Origin: Nitrospirae bacterium MYbin6
GTDB taxonomy: Bacteria; Nitrospirota; Thermodesulfovibrionia; Thermodesulfovibrionales; Magnetobacteriaceae
DNA length: 64,000 nt
NCBI GenBank assembly: GCA_002753305.1
Contig: PEAC01000006.1
Coordinates: 265-64,264 of the forward strand
Reading direction: 5' to 3'
This document shows, piece after piece, positions 10,040 to 19,292 of the stretch (its first letter is position 1; every line of letters begins with the position of its first letter). The translations under genes and the position numbers were made by a program. Under the pieces are notes generated by a model, which had not been told where the DNA came from, did not search any database, and was given only the letters and a program-made list of their open reading frames with translations.

Positions 10040-11407
10040 TTACGTGTGGGAATTGGATAGATTATTGGCATTAACGCCTGCAGTGCCGTCAACTATGGAG
10101 TGTCTTACTTCAATGGGAAGCTTTGCGATACCGTGGAAGGGTATTTGGCTTTCCGGTTTGCTGAACGTGACGACAATAGGGCCGAGCATGTCGATTCTGT
10201 CGTGGCTGTTGATTGTCTCAGCGCCCTTATAAAGTGCCCCTTTTATGAGTAGTCCAAAGAGGAACTCCTCTGCCTTGACGCTGAAGGTAATGTCTATTTT
10301 CACGACCAGACGCTGCCCCGGAGACATGTCCGGAAGCACATGGTGCACCTCTTTGTTGCCGCCGCCAAAGACGAATGTCCCGATGCGGTCAAATAAGATT
10401 ACACCTGTCACCGTGTCATATACTGGTTCGTTAGCCTGTATGAGCATATAAAACGAGAGGGTTTCCATCATCTCCGCGTGAAACGTATCAAGGCCGTATT
10501 TGTTCAGAACCCTTGCGCCAAGTATAGTAGCCGCCCCGGTGCCGTATCTCTTGATGTCTTCGTTTAAGATATTATGTGCCAGAATATCCTCTGGGGGCAT
10601 TAAGTCCATAAGCTCGGGGGACTCCGGGGTTACAGGGAGTGTACGGGAAATTGCAGAAGGAGGAACAAACGCCGCGTACTTCTTTATGGTGTGGGAGTAG
10701 ATATTTATTGCCTCAATAGGGGAGCCTGCGAAGGTGATTTCTCCGTGCTCAAGCAGTAATGCCTTGTCACAGAGGCTCCTTAGGGCCTCCATATCGTGTG
10801 AGACAAAGATACAGGTTGTGCCGTTTTTAATGATTTCCCTGATCGTATTGAAACTCTTTTGCTGGAAGAATATATCGCCCACGGAGAGTGCCTCGTCAAC
10901 GATTAGTATTTCCGGCCTTACGTTAACGGCACAGGCAAAGGCAAGCCTGACGTACATGCCGGTGGAGTATATCTTCATCGGCTGGTCGATAAAATCCCCA
11001 ATGTCGGCATAGTCGATGATGGACTGCATCATCTGTGCCATCTCATCCATGGTGTAACCCATGATGGCCCCGTTCATAATGACATTGGCGCGGCCGCTGA
11101 ATTCGGGATTAAACCCCGCGCCAAGCTCCAGAAGGGCGGAGATTCGCCCGTTTGCCACGATAGTACCCTCAGTCGGGCGTAAGATGCCGCAGATAAGCTG
11201 CAAGAGCGTACTTTTGCCTGAGCCGTTGCGCCCAAGAAGCCCAATCGCCTCGCCCCTGACGGCGTCAAATGTTATATTTCTTAGTGCCCAGAACTCTTTG
11301 TGATATTTCTTTCCCCCGGAATATAACAGTTCTTTCAGGCGGTGGCTGGGTTTTGCGTATATCTTGTATTTTTTCCCGACGCCCTTGAGTGATATAATCG
11401 TTTCCAT
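10040..11407 (-). CDS. wzt: Polysaccharide ABC exporter ATPase with Wzt C-terminal domain
   Basis: Walker A GRNGSGKST, YSTGMYVRLAF signature, LIVDEALSVGD; C-terminal extension. Confidence 0.92.
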   Translation of the reverse strand: METIISLKGVGKKYKIYAKPSHRLKELLYSGGKKYHKEFWALRNITFDAVRGEAIGLLGRNGSGKSTLLQLICGILRPTEGTIVANGRISALLELGAGFNPEFSGRANVIMNGAIMGYTMDEMAQMMQSIIDYADIGDFIDQPMKIYSTGMYVRLAFACAVNVRPEILIVDEALSVGDIFFQQKSFNTIREIIKNGTTCIFVSHDMEALRSLCDKALLLEHGEITFAGSPIEAINIYSHTIKKYAAFVPPSAISRTLPVTPESPELMDLMPPEDILAHNILNEDIKRYGTGAATILGARVLNKYGLDTFHAEMMETLSFYMLIQANEPVYDTVTGVILFDRIGTFVFGGGNKEVHHVLPDMSPGQRLVVKIDITFSVKAEEFLFGLLIKGALYKGAETINSHDRIDMLGPIVVTFSKPESQIPFHGIAKLPIEVRHSIVDGTAGVNANNLSNSHT

Positions 11408-11418
11408 AAGCAGGCAGT

Positions 11419-12267
11419 TCAGAGCATCTCGGCAAAATCTGGTTTCAGGCGTTTAAAGACAAATCCTCCCACAACAGAGGATACAATTCCTAAGATTAAC
11501 AACAACAACATCCCCTTCCAGTGCCGCTGCTCTATCCCTAGCAGCGACAGGCGATATCCCTCTACTACATAGTACATGGGGTTTAGCTTAAGGAGAAATC
11601 TCAGATTCTCAGGCACCATTGACGATTGATACACTATCGGGGTGTAAAAAAACCACATGCTGATTACCACTGTGAGTATCTGGCTCAGATCCCTGAAAAA
11701 AACATTGATGCTTGACACAAGCCAACTGACCCCTATGGTAAACAGGCTTAACAAGAAGATATACACTGGCAGGTATAATATGAGTATAGTGAGTTTCTTA
11801 TATACTATGATTGCCGCAATGCTGACAATTCCAAACATGATGGCATGGTTTAGCAGGCTGGACAGCAGTATGCTAAGTGGCAGGAGTTCCGAAGGGAAAA
11901 GGCTCTTTGTTATGAGCATCTTGTTGTCTACCAGTATCTGGACGTTGCGCTGTACCGTGTCCGAAAAATATATCCACGGGGCCAGCCCGCAAAGGAGCCA
12001 CAGGAGGAAGTTGTTGGTGCCCGCCTCCGGCCCGAGCTTTACCTTCATCACGAACGAAAATATATAAGAATACGTAATAACCGTAACAATCGGATGAATA
12101 ACCGCCCAGAAGACACCTATGAAAGACCCCGTGTAGCGGCTCTTCAGGTCACGCAGCACCAGGCACTGAAGCATATATCTGTTGCTTATAACCTCCCTGG
12201 CGAAGCGAAGGGCCACTGCCTTCAATGACAATAGCTTGTGGAAAGACATCCTGAATATTTTCAACAA
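11419..12267 (-). CDS. wzm: Polysaccharide ABC exporter permease
   Basis: RDLKSRYTGSFIGVFW, FYTPIVY, LNPM motifs; adjacent to wzt. Confidence 0.92.
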   Translation of the reverse strand: MLKIFRMSFHKLLSLKAVALRFAREVISNRYMLQCLVLRDLKSRYTGSFIGVFWAVIHPIVTVITYSYIFSFVMKVKLGPEAGTNNFLLWLLCGLAPWIYFSDTVQRNVQILVDNKMLITKSLFPSELLPLSILLSSLLNHAIMFGIVSIAAIIVYKKLTILILYLPVYIFLLSLFTIGVSWLVSSINVFFRDLSQILTVVISMWFFYTPIVYQSSMVPENLRFLLKLNPMYYVVEGYRLSLLGIEQRHWKGMLLLLILGIVSSVVGGFVFKRLKPDFAEML

Positions 12268-12274
12268 ATGCCGG

Positions 12275-13906
12275 TTATCCCTGTATGGGGGTCTTACTGT
12301 GTTTTAAGACCTTAAAGACCACATAGTTCATAAACAGAAAGGGTTTGGCACGTTTTGACGAGAGGATGCGTCTAAAAAGTGGAGAAAGCTCTGAAAGCCT
12401 GTTTACAAGCGCCGATTTGCTGAGATAAATCGAGGGTAAATTCACTAATTCCTCGTCGGCCTTCCATGTTACAACCTGAATGTCCCTTTGTCCTATCGGG
12501 TATGTCTTCAAAAAATTACTTGATGCCAGGAGTTTGACAAACCACTTTGGGATTTCAGGGTTTGCGGCACACATAATCAGGAAAATCCAGTAGGCCCTTG
12601 CGGAGTTGTTTTGTATAGGGGCGCCCTTGCACCAGTTGTAGGTCTTGGCGGATTCCTGGGGGTCGGATACGATGTTGGCGATAATCTCCTCTTCGGTAGT
12701 GAATCCTTCTCTGACGGCCCTTTTTGCCAGCTCGGTGTTCGGAAGCAGGGTCATGCTGTGCATGGCCACAGTAAACGGTCTTGGGAGCGCCATAACCAGC
12801 TCGAAAGTCTCCTTGAGTTCCGAGGTACTTTCCCACGGGTGGTCAAGTATCATGTCGACGGTTATCTTCAGACCGTATTTTTGTAAAATTGCGATTGCGT
12901 CAATTATGTTTTGGTTGGTCTCGCCGCGATGAAATGCCTCCCTTCTGGTCTTAAACGAGGCGCTCTCAACGCCGGCCATTGCCTTTACCAGCCCGGCGTC
13001 TTTTAACAGGGCGATATTTTCGTCCTTTATCTTCAGCGGGTGAATCCATATGGTAAATGGAATGCCCACCTGTTCTTTGTACTTAATGGAAAACTCGCGC
13101 ACCCACTCTGGGTTGGACGGGAAGGTATCGTCAATAAACCAGACGTGGACGAGGCCGGGCTTCAGGGATTTATAAAACTTAAGCTCCTCCACCACGTTAT
13201 CCACGGACCTGCGCCTGAGGTATTTTCCTGGGTCGTAGAGCGCCCTGATGTTTGCGTTGCTGCAGTAGGTGCAGCCAAACGGGCAGCCCCGGGAACACTT
13301 TGTATGAAAATGCGTAGTTATGCCATTTAAAAAAGGGTCGCCCGTGGCAACGGAGCCGTCCACTATTACCGTATACTTGTTTTCATTTCCAATGTCCTGA
13401 AATGGAAGCTCGTTGAGGTCTTCCGGGGGATTTCTCCTTATGTAGGTGGTGTTGCCTTTGTACATAATGCCGGGTACTGCGGAGGCGTCTTGTCCCGACG
13501 TCAGACGCTCACACAACTCAAGAAGAGATTCCTCGCCCTCTCCAACGCAGACATAATCAATTGCGGCAGTTTGCAGGCAAAACACGGGAGACATCGTAGG
13601 ATGCACCCCGCCGAATATTACCGGCGTATTTGTTGAGAACGATTTAACCCGTCTGGCAATCTCTACGGCAACGGAGTGGCAAAACGTGCTGATGATGCTT
13701 ATCCCAATCAGGTCAGGCTTAATCTCCATGAGCAGCCCGTCAAGCGATTGATACTCCGCCTCGGTCTTCTTCTCACCGCTTTGCAGCATACTGGCTCCAA
13801 AGTAGATGTTATGTACGTTGAAGCCGCCGCGTTTGAGATTTGCCGAAAGGCTTCGGGTGCCATAGCTTTCGACGGTGTCGATGCTGATCAGGGCAACTTT
13901 AAACAC
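12275..13906 (-). CDS. B12-binding radical SAM protein
   Basis: GGVHPT, VGEGE and SRGCPFGCTYC (CxxxCxxC). Confidence 0.92.
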   Translation of the reverse strand: MFKVALISIDTVESYGTRSLSANLKRGGFNVHNIYFGASMLQSGEKKTEAEYQSLDGLLMEIKPDLIGISIISTFCHSVAVEIARRVKSFSTNTPVIFGGVHPTMSPVFCLQTAAIDYVCVGEGEESLLELCERLTSGQDASAVPGIMYKGNTTYIRRNPPEDLNELPFQDIGNENKYTVIVDGSVATGDPFLNGITTHFHTKCSRGCPFGCTYCSNANIRALYDPGKYLRRRSVDNVVEELKFYKSLKPGLVHVWFIDDTFPSNPEWVREFSIKYKEQVGIPFTIWIHPLKIKDENIALLKDAGLVKAMAGVESASFKTRREAFHRGETNQNIIDAIAILQKYGLKITVDMILDHPWESTSELKETFELVMALPRPFTVAMHSMTLLPNTELAKRAVREGFTTEEEIIANIVSDPQESAKTYNWCKGAPIQNNSARAYWIFLIMCAANPEIPKWFVKLLASSNFLKTYPIGQRDIQVVTWKADEELVNLPSIYLSKSALVNRLSELSPLFRRILSSKRAKPFLFMNYVVFKVLKHSKTPIQG

Positions 13907-14143
13907 TAAACCGCGCCCGTGAACACATCATTGTCGTCTCAAATATGAAGCCGGGCAATTTATATCCATGAGAAACCGTAACATAATCGGGACGATGTTG
14001 TCAAATTACACGATGCTTCCTTTCCAGCTGCTCCCAGCATGGCAAGCGCACTATGGTAATGTTGCCCCATTACTGCCGCAACTGAACACAGTCTAAGTAA
14101 GAGGCAATTCTGTCTTCATATCATGAGTTCAAATGAAATTCTC

Positions 14144-14172
14144 TTGACTTTGTTAAATTAATACTGTACAAT
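14144..14172 (+). promoter_or_regulatory. sigma70 promoter of the DUF262-HEPN pair
   Basis: TTGACT-17 nt-TACAAT; AGGAGG RBS at 14181-14186. Confidence 0.65.
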
Positions 14173-14195
14173 GTACTTATAGGAGGACTATTAAT

Positions 14196-15317
14196 ATGGA
14201 AACATTTGATATTGATGACCAATTGAACGTATACAATAAATATAGTGAATCAGAAGGTGTGATTGATGATACAGATAATAATGATGATGAAATTCCTTTT
14301 AAATATGAAATAACTAGTTACGGAGCAGATTATCCTGTTGAATCTATCGTGCCAAAACTGGAGAATGAGTCCATTGTAATACCATATTTCCAGCGAGGTT
14401 ATGTTTGGACGCACGTCGATGCGTCTCGTTTTATAGAAACATTACTGCTTGGACTCCCTGTCCCAGGTATTTTTCTATCGAAGGAAAAAGAACCAATAAA
14501 ATATCTTGTAATTGACGGACAGCAACGATTACGAACTTTACAATATTTTTATGACGGCATATTTAGAACTGGAACAAAAAAAGGTAATGCCTTTGCTTTA
14601 AAGAATGTACAAGAGAAATACAATAAAAAGACATATAAAACACTAGAGCCTGACGACAAAACAAGGCTAAATAATTCTCTTATTCATGCTACAATAATAC
14701 AACAGGATAATCCCAAAGATGATGATAGCAGCATATATTATATCTTTGAAAGACTCAATAAGTTTGGCAGGCAACTATATCCCCAGGAAATTCGTAATTG
14801 TGTCTATAGAGGTGAGTTCAATGAATTATTAAAACAATTAAACACAAATGAGGCATGGAGAGAAATATACGGCAAAGAAAGTCCCAGACAAAAAGATATC
14901 GAATTGATATTACGTTTTTTTGCCCTATTTTACAATTCAGATGAATATAGACGTCCAATGAAAGATTTTCTTAATCACTGTATGTCAAAATATAGGAATT
15001 TAACCTCTCCGCATACCGCGGATGGTTTTCTCTCTCTCTTTAATTCGACAATAAAAGTTATTTACGATTCTCTTTCAAAGGATGCGTTTCGCCCCGCAAA
15101 TTCACTTAATGCCGCGGTATTTGATGCCGTTATGGTTGGGGTTGCTAAAAGATTAGAAAAAGGTAAAATTAATGATTTGGTTGATTTGAAAAATAAATAT
15201 GAAAAGTTATTAAAAATACCTGGATTTGTAGAGGCATATAAAACATCGACGTCTGATGAAAATAATGTAAAGGCAAGATTAACGTCAGCATCTGAGATAT
15301 TCAGCGATATCCCATGA
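14196..15317 (+). CDS. DUF262 (ParB/GmrS-like) protein, putative defence component
   Basis: FQRGYVW, VIDGQQRLRTL and IFERLN motifs; AT-rich. Confidence 0.9.
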   Translation: METFDIDDQLNVYNKYSESEGVIDDTDNNDDEIPFKYEITSYGADYPVESIVPKLENESIVIPYFQRGYVWTHVDASRFIETLLLGLPVPGIFLSKEKEPIKYLVIDGQQRLRTLQYFYDGIFRTGTKKGNAFALKNVQEKYNKKTYKTLEPDDKTRLNNSLIHATIIQQDNPKDDDSSIYYIFERLNKFGRQLYPQEIRNCVYRGEFNELLKQLNTNEAWREIYGKESPRQKDIELILRFFALFYNSDEYRRPMKDFLNHCMSKYRNLTSPHTADGFLSLFNSTIKVIYDSLSKDAFRPANSLNAAVFDAVMVGVAKRLEKGKINDLVDLKNKYEKLLKIPGFVEAYKTSTSDENNVKARLTSASEIFSDIP

Positions 15318-15796
15318 ATGATAGTATTATAAATAAACAAAGACAACAAATAGAATATCTTTTAAATACTCCTCCCGCTGCTAATTACGACGATAAAATG
15401 TTATCTCATTGGGCAAAATATGTTTGTGTTTTGACCTCCGGGTATATAGAAAATGCTATTAGCCATTATATCAGTGAATTCTCGCGAAAAAAGGCCCATC
15501 CATATATAACGAATTATGTTACCAATAGTCTGGACGATTTTATGAATCCTAAAATGGAAAAAATATTAAAATTAATAGGTTCTTTTGATAAGAAATGGAA
15601 AGAAGATATAGAAGACTATGTAGAAAAGGAAGGAAGGAAAGACGCGATTGACAGCATAGTCGCTAATAGGAATCAAATTGCTCACGGCGAATATGTAGGC
15701 TTAAGTCTTGCACCAATGATAAATTATTATAAAAAAGCATCGGAAGTGCTTGAATTTATAAAAATTCAAATACAAAAACAAATGTCTAAAGACTAA
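15314..15796 (+). CDS. HEPN-domain RNase (RiboL-PSP/MAE_28990-like)
   Basis: RNQIAH (Rx4H) motif, upstream GYIE; ATGA overlap with the DUF262 gene. Confidence 0.82.
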   Translation: MNDSIINKQRQQIEYLLNTPPAANYDDKMLSHWAKYVCVLTSGYIENAISHYISEFSRKKAHPYITNYVTNSLDDFMNPKMEKILKLIGSFDKKWKEDIEDYVEKEGRKDAIDSIVANRNQIAHGEYVGLSLAPMINYYKKASEVLEFIKIQIQKQMSKD

Positions 15797-15827
15797 CCAA
15801 TAATGACTTTTAAGGAGGAATAAGACA

Positions 15828-16571
15828 ATGATGAAGACATCGAATCCGGCGTTAAGGGCTAAAGCGCTGAGAGGGTCAGCGCTTGGGATTGGCACAGTGC
15901 AGGCAATGACAGTAAACGGTGCCGTCAATAAAACGGCGTTTATGCTGATTCTCCTGCTGATTAGCGCGTCCTGGGTATGGAAAACGTATTTCACCGAAGG
16001 ACTGGCTGCCGTTACCCCGTGGATGACTATAGGCCTGGTTGGCGGATTAATCACGGCCCTTGTCACAATATTCGTAAACAAGTGGTCGCCGATAACCGCA
16101 CCGGTATATGCGGTACTTGAGGGGTTGTTCCTGGGTGGGATAACGGCCGTTTTCGAGCAAAAATATCCCGGCCTTGCCTTTCAGGCGGTTGCACTGACAT
16201 TCGGCACGCTCTTCATGCTTTTAACGGCATATAAGGCCGGCATCGTAAGGGCTACGGAGAAGTTTAAGGCCGGCGTGGTGGCCGCAACAGGTGGGATATT
16301 CATCGTCTATCTGGCCTCTTTTGTGTTGGGATTGTTCGGCGTCCGAATCCCTCACATTTATGGAAGCGGCATAATAGGGATCGGATTCAGCGTTGTGGTG
16401 GTGGTAATAGCGGCTCTGAACCTGGTGCTGGATTTTGATTTTATCGAGAGCGCGGCGCGCGAAAACATGCCAAAATACTTTGAATGGTACGGTGGATTTG
16501 CCATCATGGTCACGCTGGTCTGGCTCTATATCGAGATACTGAATCTGCTTGCTAAGTTAAGGGATAGATAA
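15828..16571 (+). CDS. Bax inhibitor-1/YccA family membrane protein
   Basis: TSNPAL, LVLDFDFIE, TLVWLYIEIL; multi-TM. Confidence 0.9.
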   Translation: MMKTSNPALRAKALRGSALGIGTVQAMTVNGAVNKTAFMLILLLISASWVWKTYFTEGLAAVTPWMTIGLVGGLITALVTIFVNKWSPITAPVYAVLEGLFLGGITAVFEQKYPGLAFQAVALTFGTLFMLLTAYKAGIVRATEKFKAGVVAATGGIFIVYLASFVLGLFGVRIPHIYGSGIIGIGFSVVVVVIAALNLVLDFDFIESAARENMPKYFEWYGGFAIMVTLVWLYIEILNLLAKLRDR

Positions 16572-16584
16572 TCGAATTTGATTT

Positions 16585-16616
16585 CCGGCTCTCCATAAGA
16601 CTTTGCGGAGAGCCGG
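16585..16616. terminator. Probable bidirectional intrinsic terminator
   Basis: CCGGCTCTCC...GGAGAGCCGG perfect 10-bp stem between convergent genes. Confidence 0.7.
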
Positions 16617-16624
16617 TTAAACCG

Positions 16625-17386
16625 TTAATCGGCCTTATCGCGTTTAAACTCAACCCCAGCCTTTATCAATACGCCATCGGGTGCCTTCCAGTCGTCTACC
16701 AGCGTTACTCTTTTAATCTTTTGGTTTTCGAAATTTTCTAGTTCCGTATTTCCTTTAATAATCATACCGTTACTCTTCTGATAGTCTTCAGCCAAAGTCA
16801 TCCTTTTGACGAGGCCGCTTTCGTATTGCTCGAATTCCGTACCGGCCTTGACTATTAAGCCGTCCGGTAATGTGAAATCCTTAGCGGGCACCGCCTTTTT
16901 AAGCGACCTGCTATAATACAGCTCGTGTGTTGTGCCGGCCTTAATTATAAATCCATTCATCAGCTCGAAATCTTTGGCAACAACTGCCTTCTTCGTCCTT
17001 CCATCGTTATAGAACTCTACCTCGCCCGCCTTTATAACCGGGCCATTGGGGATCTGCCAGTCAACGGCCAAAACAGCCCTGGCAAGCGTACCGGCTTCGT
17101 GCAGCTCTATTTCAGTCCCACCTTTTAATACCATATCACCGGGTAGTTTAAAGTTGTCTGCCAGCGTGGCGCGTTTGGTTTTGCCACCTTCGTACTGTTC
17201 ATACACGGTGTCCTTTTTTATTATAAACCCCTCAGGGGCGGCCTTATCGCTGCTATACTTAGATGTGTGCGGATTTCCGTTTTTATATGTATCGATTACT
17301 GACTGCTCCTGAGAATGGGCAATCCCATAAAGTAAAGCGGCAAAGATTATAATCGCCGTTGAAACCATAGCTCTTACCTGTTTCAT
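16625..17386 (-). CDS. Secreted ~31-aa tandem-repeat protein
   Basis: Signal peptide then six repeats such as LIVKAGTEFEQYESGLVKRMTLAEDYQKSNG. Confidence 0.8.
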   Translation of the reverse strand: MKQVRAMVSTAIIIFAALLYGIAHSQEQSVIDTYKNGNPHTSKYSSDKAAPEGFIIKKDTVYEQYEGGKTKRATLADNFKLPGDMVLKGGTEIELHEAGTLARAVLAVDWQIPNGPVIKAGEVEFYNDGRTKKAVVAKDFELMNGFIIKAGTTHELYYSRSLKKAVPAKDFTLPDGLIVKAGTEFEQYESGLVKRMTLAEDYQKSNGMIIKGNTELENFENQKIKRVTLVDDWKAPDGVLIKAGVEFKRDKAD

Positions 17387-17502
17387 TAGTACCCCTTTGT
17401 GTGTTTTTTACAGGGTGTTAATAACGCCCTCTCTTAGACAACCGCGTGTATTGCCTGAACATACTAACACAAAGGGGCAAAATATGAAAAGTGGCAGTTA
17501 AG

Positions 17503-18456
17503 TTAAGCCAGTGTGGGGTCTTCTGAGTAGCCCTTATAGTAGCCTTCTACTTTGGCAATATAGTTTTTTGTCACTTGTGGCATTTTACCGGGTTTTCTTT
17601 CCAGATTACCCATGCCCCAGTTATATGCGGCGAGTGCCTGTCGCAAATCGCCATTATATCTGTCAAGTAATTGACGCAGATAACGGCTCCCACCATTGAT
17701 GTTTTGCTTTGGGTCATAGGAATTACTGACGCCGAGTTCTGCCGCTGTTGCGGGCATTAATTGCATTAGCCCGCGGGCTCCCGACCTTGAGCGTGCGTTT
17801 GCGTTGCCGCCGCTCTCGGCAACTATCACTGCCTTTATCAACGCGGGGTCTAATCCGTAAGCAGATGCCGATTCATTGATATAACGGTCATATTTATCGA
17901 GTTTTGAAGCCTTTGGTGAGGCCTTAGGCGCCTCGGCCCCACGCCACCAATCCTGCGGCTTGTTATCGTCCTGGACCTCGGGTTTAGACGGTGCGGCTGT
18001 CCCCCCTGGTACCAGCTTATATGTGTTATTTGCCTGTATCCCTTCAAACGTCTGTCTGCTTTGCGGGTTATTTGACTTCCTTGTGGCGGAATTCCCTACA
18101 CCGCCAACATCGGGCGTTTTTTCTAAGGTCAACGATGGGTGCAATAAGCTGCTTCCTGTTAACGCAGGCATATCTGCACTGAATCCACTGCTGCTGGGAA
18201 AAGTATTCCCTGTATCGGGAAATATATTCGTATCATCTATTTTACTTTTGGACATGTACGTATCCATGGCACGTAATAAGGAGTCTTTCGATTCGGGGGT
18301 TAACGACTGGGATTTCTTATCAGAGGCAATGGCCCCCTGTAAGACGGCCTTAAAATCGACGTTGCCGGTGAGCTGAGGCTTTGTTGTCGAAGTCCCCTGG
18401 GAGTTATTCGCTTTCTGCAGCTCCTTTAATAGCTCTTTGTCAATCCTTCCTAACAT
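17503..18456 (-). CDS. Lytic transglycosylase (SLT domain) with a long low-complexity N-terminus
   Basis: AES catalytic Glu, GLMQLMP and AAYNWG motifs. Confidence 0.9.
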   Translation of the reverse strand: MLGRIDKELLKELQKANNSQGTSTTKPQLTGNVDFKAVLQGAIASDKKSQSLTPESKDSLLRAMDTYMSKSKIDDTNIFPDTGNTFPSSSGFSADMPALTGSSLLHPSLTLEKTPDVGGVGNSATRKSNNPQSRQTFEGIQANNTYKLVPGGTAAPSKPEVQDDNKPQDWWRGAEAPKASPKASKLDKYDRYINESASAYGLDPALIKAVIVAESGGNANARSRSGARGLMQLMPATAAELGVSNSYDPKQNINGGSRYLRQLLDRYNGDLRQALAAYNWGMGNLERKPGKMPQVTKNYIAKVEGYYKGYSEDPTLA

Positions 18457-18467
18457 ACCAATTATAT

Positions 18468-18483
18468 AGCAATTATCATGCCT
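18468..18483 (-). promoter_or_regulatory. sigma54 (-24/-12) promoter of the SLT gene
   Basis: Minus strand reads AGGCAT-GATAA-TTGCT, matching GGCAY-N5-TTGCW. Confidence 0.65.
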
Positions 18484-18532
18484 GAATAAGATTTAAAATG
18501 ATCGAAAGGATTTCTGGCTCAGACGGACGTTA

Positions 18533-18940
18533 TTAAATTCGTTTTTTCTCGTACCAGGGCGTGTCAGGTTTTTTTATATCACACAGCTTGTATATATTAT
18601 TGGACAGGATTTCCGCCGTAAACGGCTTTAAGATAACGCCGTCAATGGCCTTTGCCGATATTAGTTCGACCAGGGTCTCCTTGCTTACCTCGTCTGTGGC
18701 TATGAGGAGGATTCTTGTGTCTTTAGACGCCGCCTTTATCTCTTTTGTGGCCTCAACATTTGAAATGTTGTTGAAAAATGAGTCCAATATTACGAGATTG
18801 CACTGTATGCTGGGCAGTATATCTATGAGTTCCCTGGTTGTGCGGGTATATCTTATCTCAATGACCTTTTGAAAATCCTTCAATACCCAGCTTATCGAAG
18901 GAATCGTATCCTTGCCGACACATGCCGCTACTGTCTTCAC
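18533..18940 (-). CDS. Single-domain, atypical response regulator receiver
   Basis: LVILD phospho-acceptor site and KPF motif; the acidic pair after beta1 is degenerate. Confidence 0.7.
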   Translation of the reverse strand: MKTVAACVGKDTIPSISWVLKDFQKVIEIRYTRTTRELIDILPSIQCNLVILDSFFNNISNVEATKEIKAASKDTRILLIATDEVSKETLVELISAKAIDGVILKPFTAEILSNNIYKLCDIKKPDTPWYEKKRI

Positions 18941-18962
18941 AGATGCTCCATAGTTAAAGCGT

Positions 18963-19178
18963 TCATGGCTTCCCTGTTGATTCCAGGACGTTTATGGCCT
19001 TCTTAAAAAGTCCGTTTATCTTCATTGTCTCGGCAGCTATCTCATTTAACAGCCCGGCAAGCCCGTCGACGGCTGCAACCGATGGCTTCTCTGCCCACTT
19101 AACATATGTATCGGCGTGTTCGCCGTTATGCTCCAACCAATGGTAAAGCATAGCCTTTAACTTATCATTGTCGTCCAT
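18963..19178 (-). CDS. Small His-motif protein (HWLEHNGEH), possible metal binding
   Basis: 71 aa from ATG 19178; HWxEHNxEH motif; downstream of the Ehr operon. Confidence 0.65.
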   Translation of the reverse strand: MDDNDKLKAMLYHWLEHNGEHADTYVKWAEKPSVAAVDGLAGLLNEIAAETMKINGLFKKAINVLESTGKP

Positions 19179-19292
19179 TCTATCCCTTATCCTTAATGTC
19201 TTAACACTGCTATTACCACGATTATACCGTTTCTGTTTGTTATAACACAACTCTGGTGGGCATGTTTTTTTTGAAAATCGTTTAACCGGATG

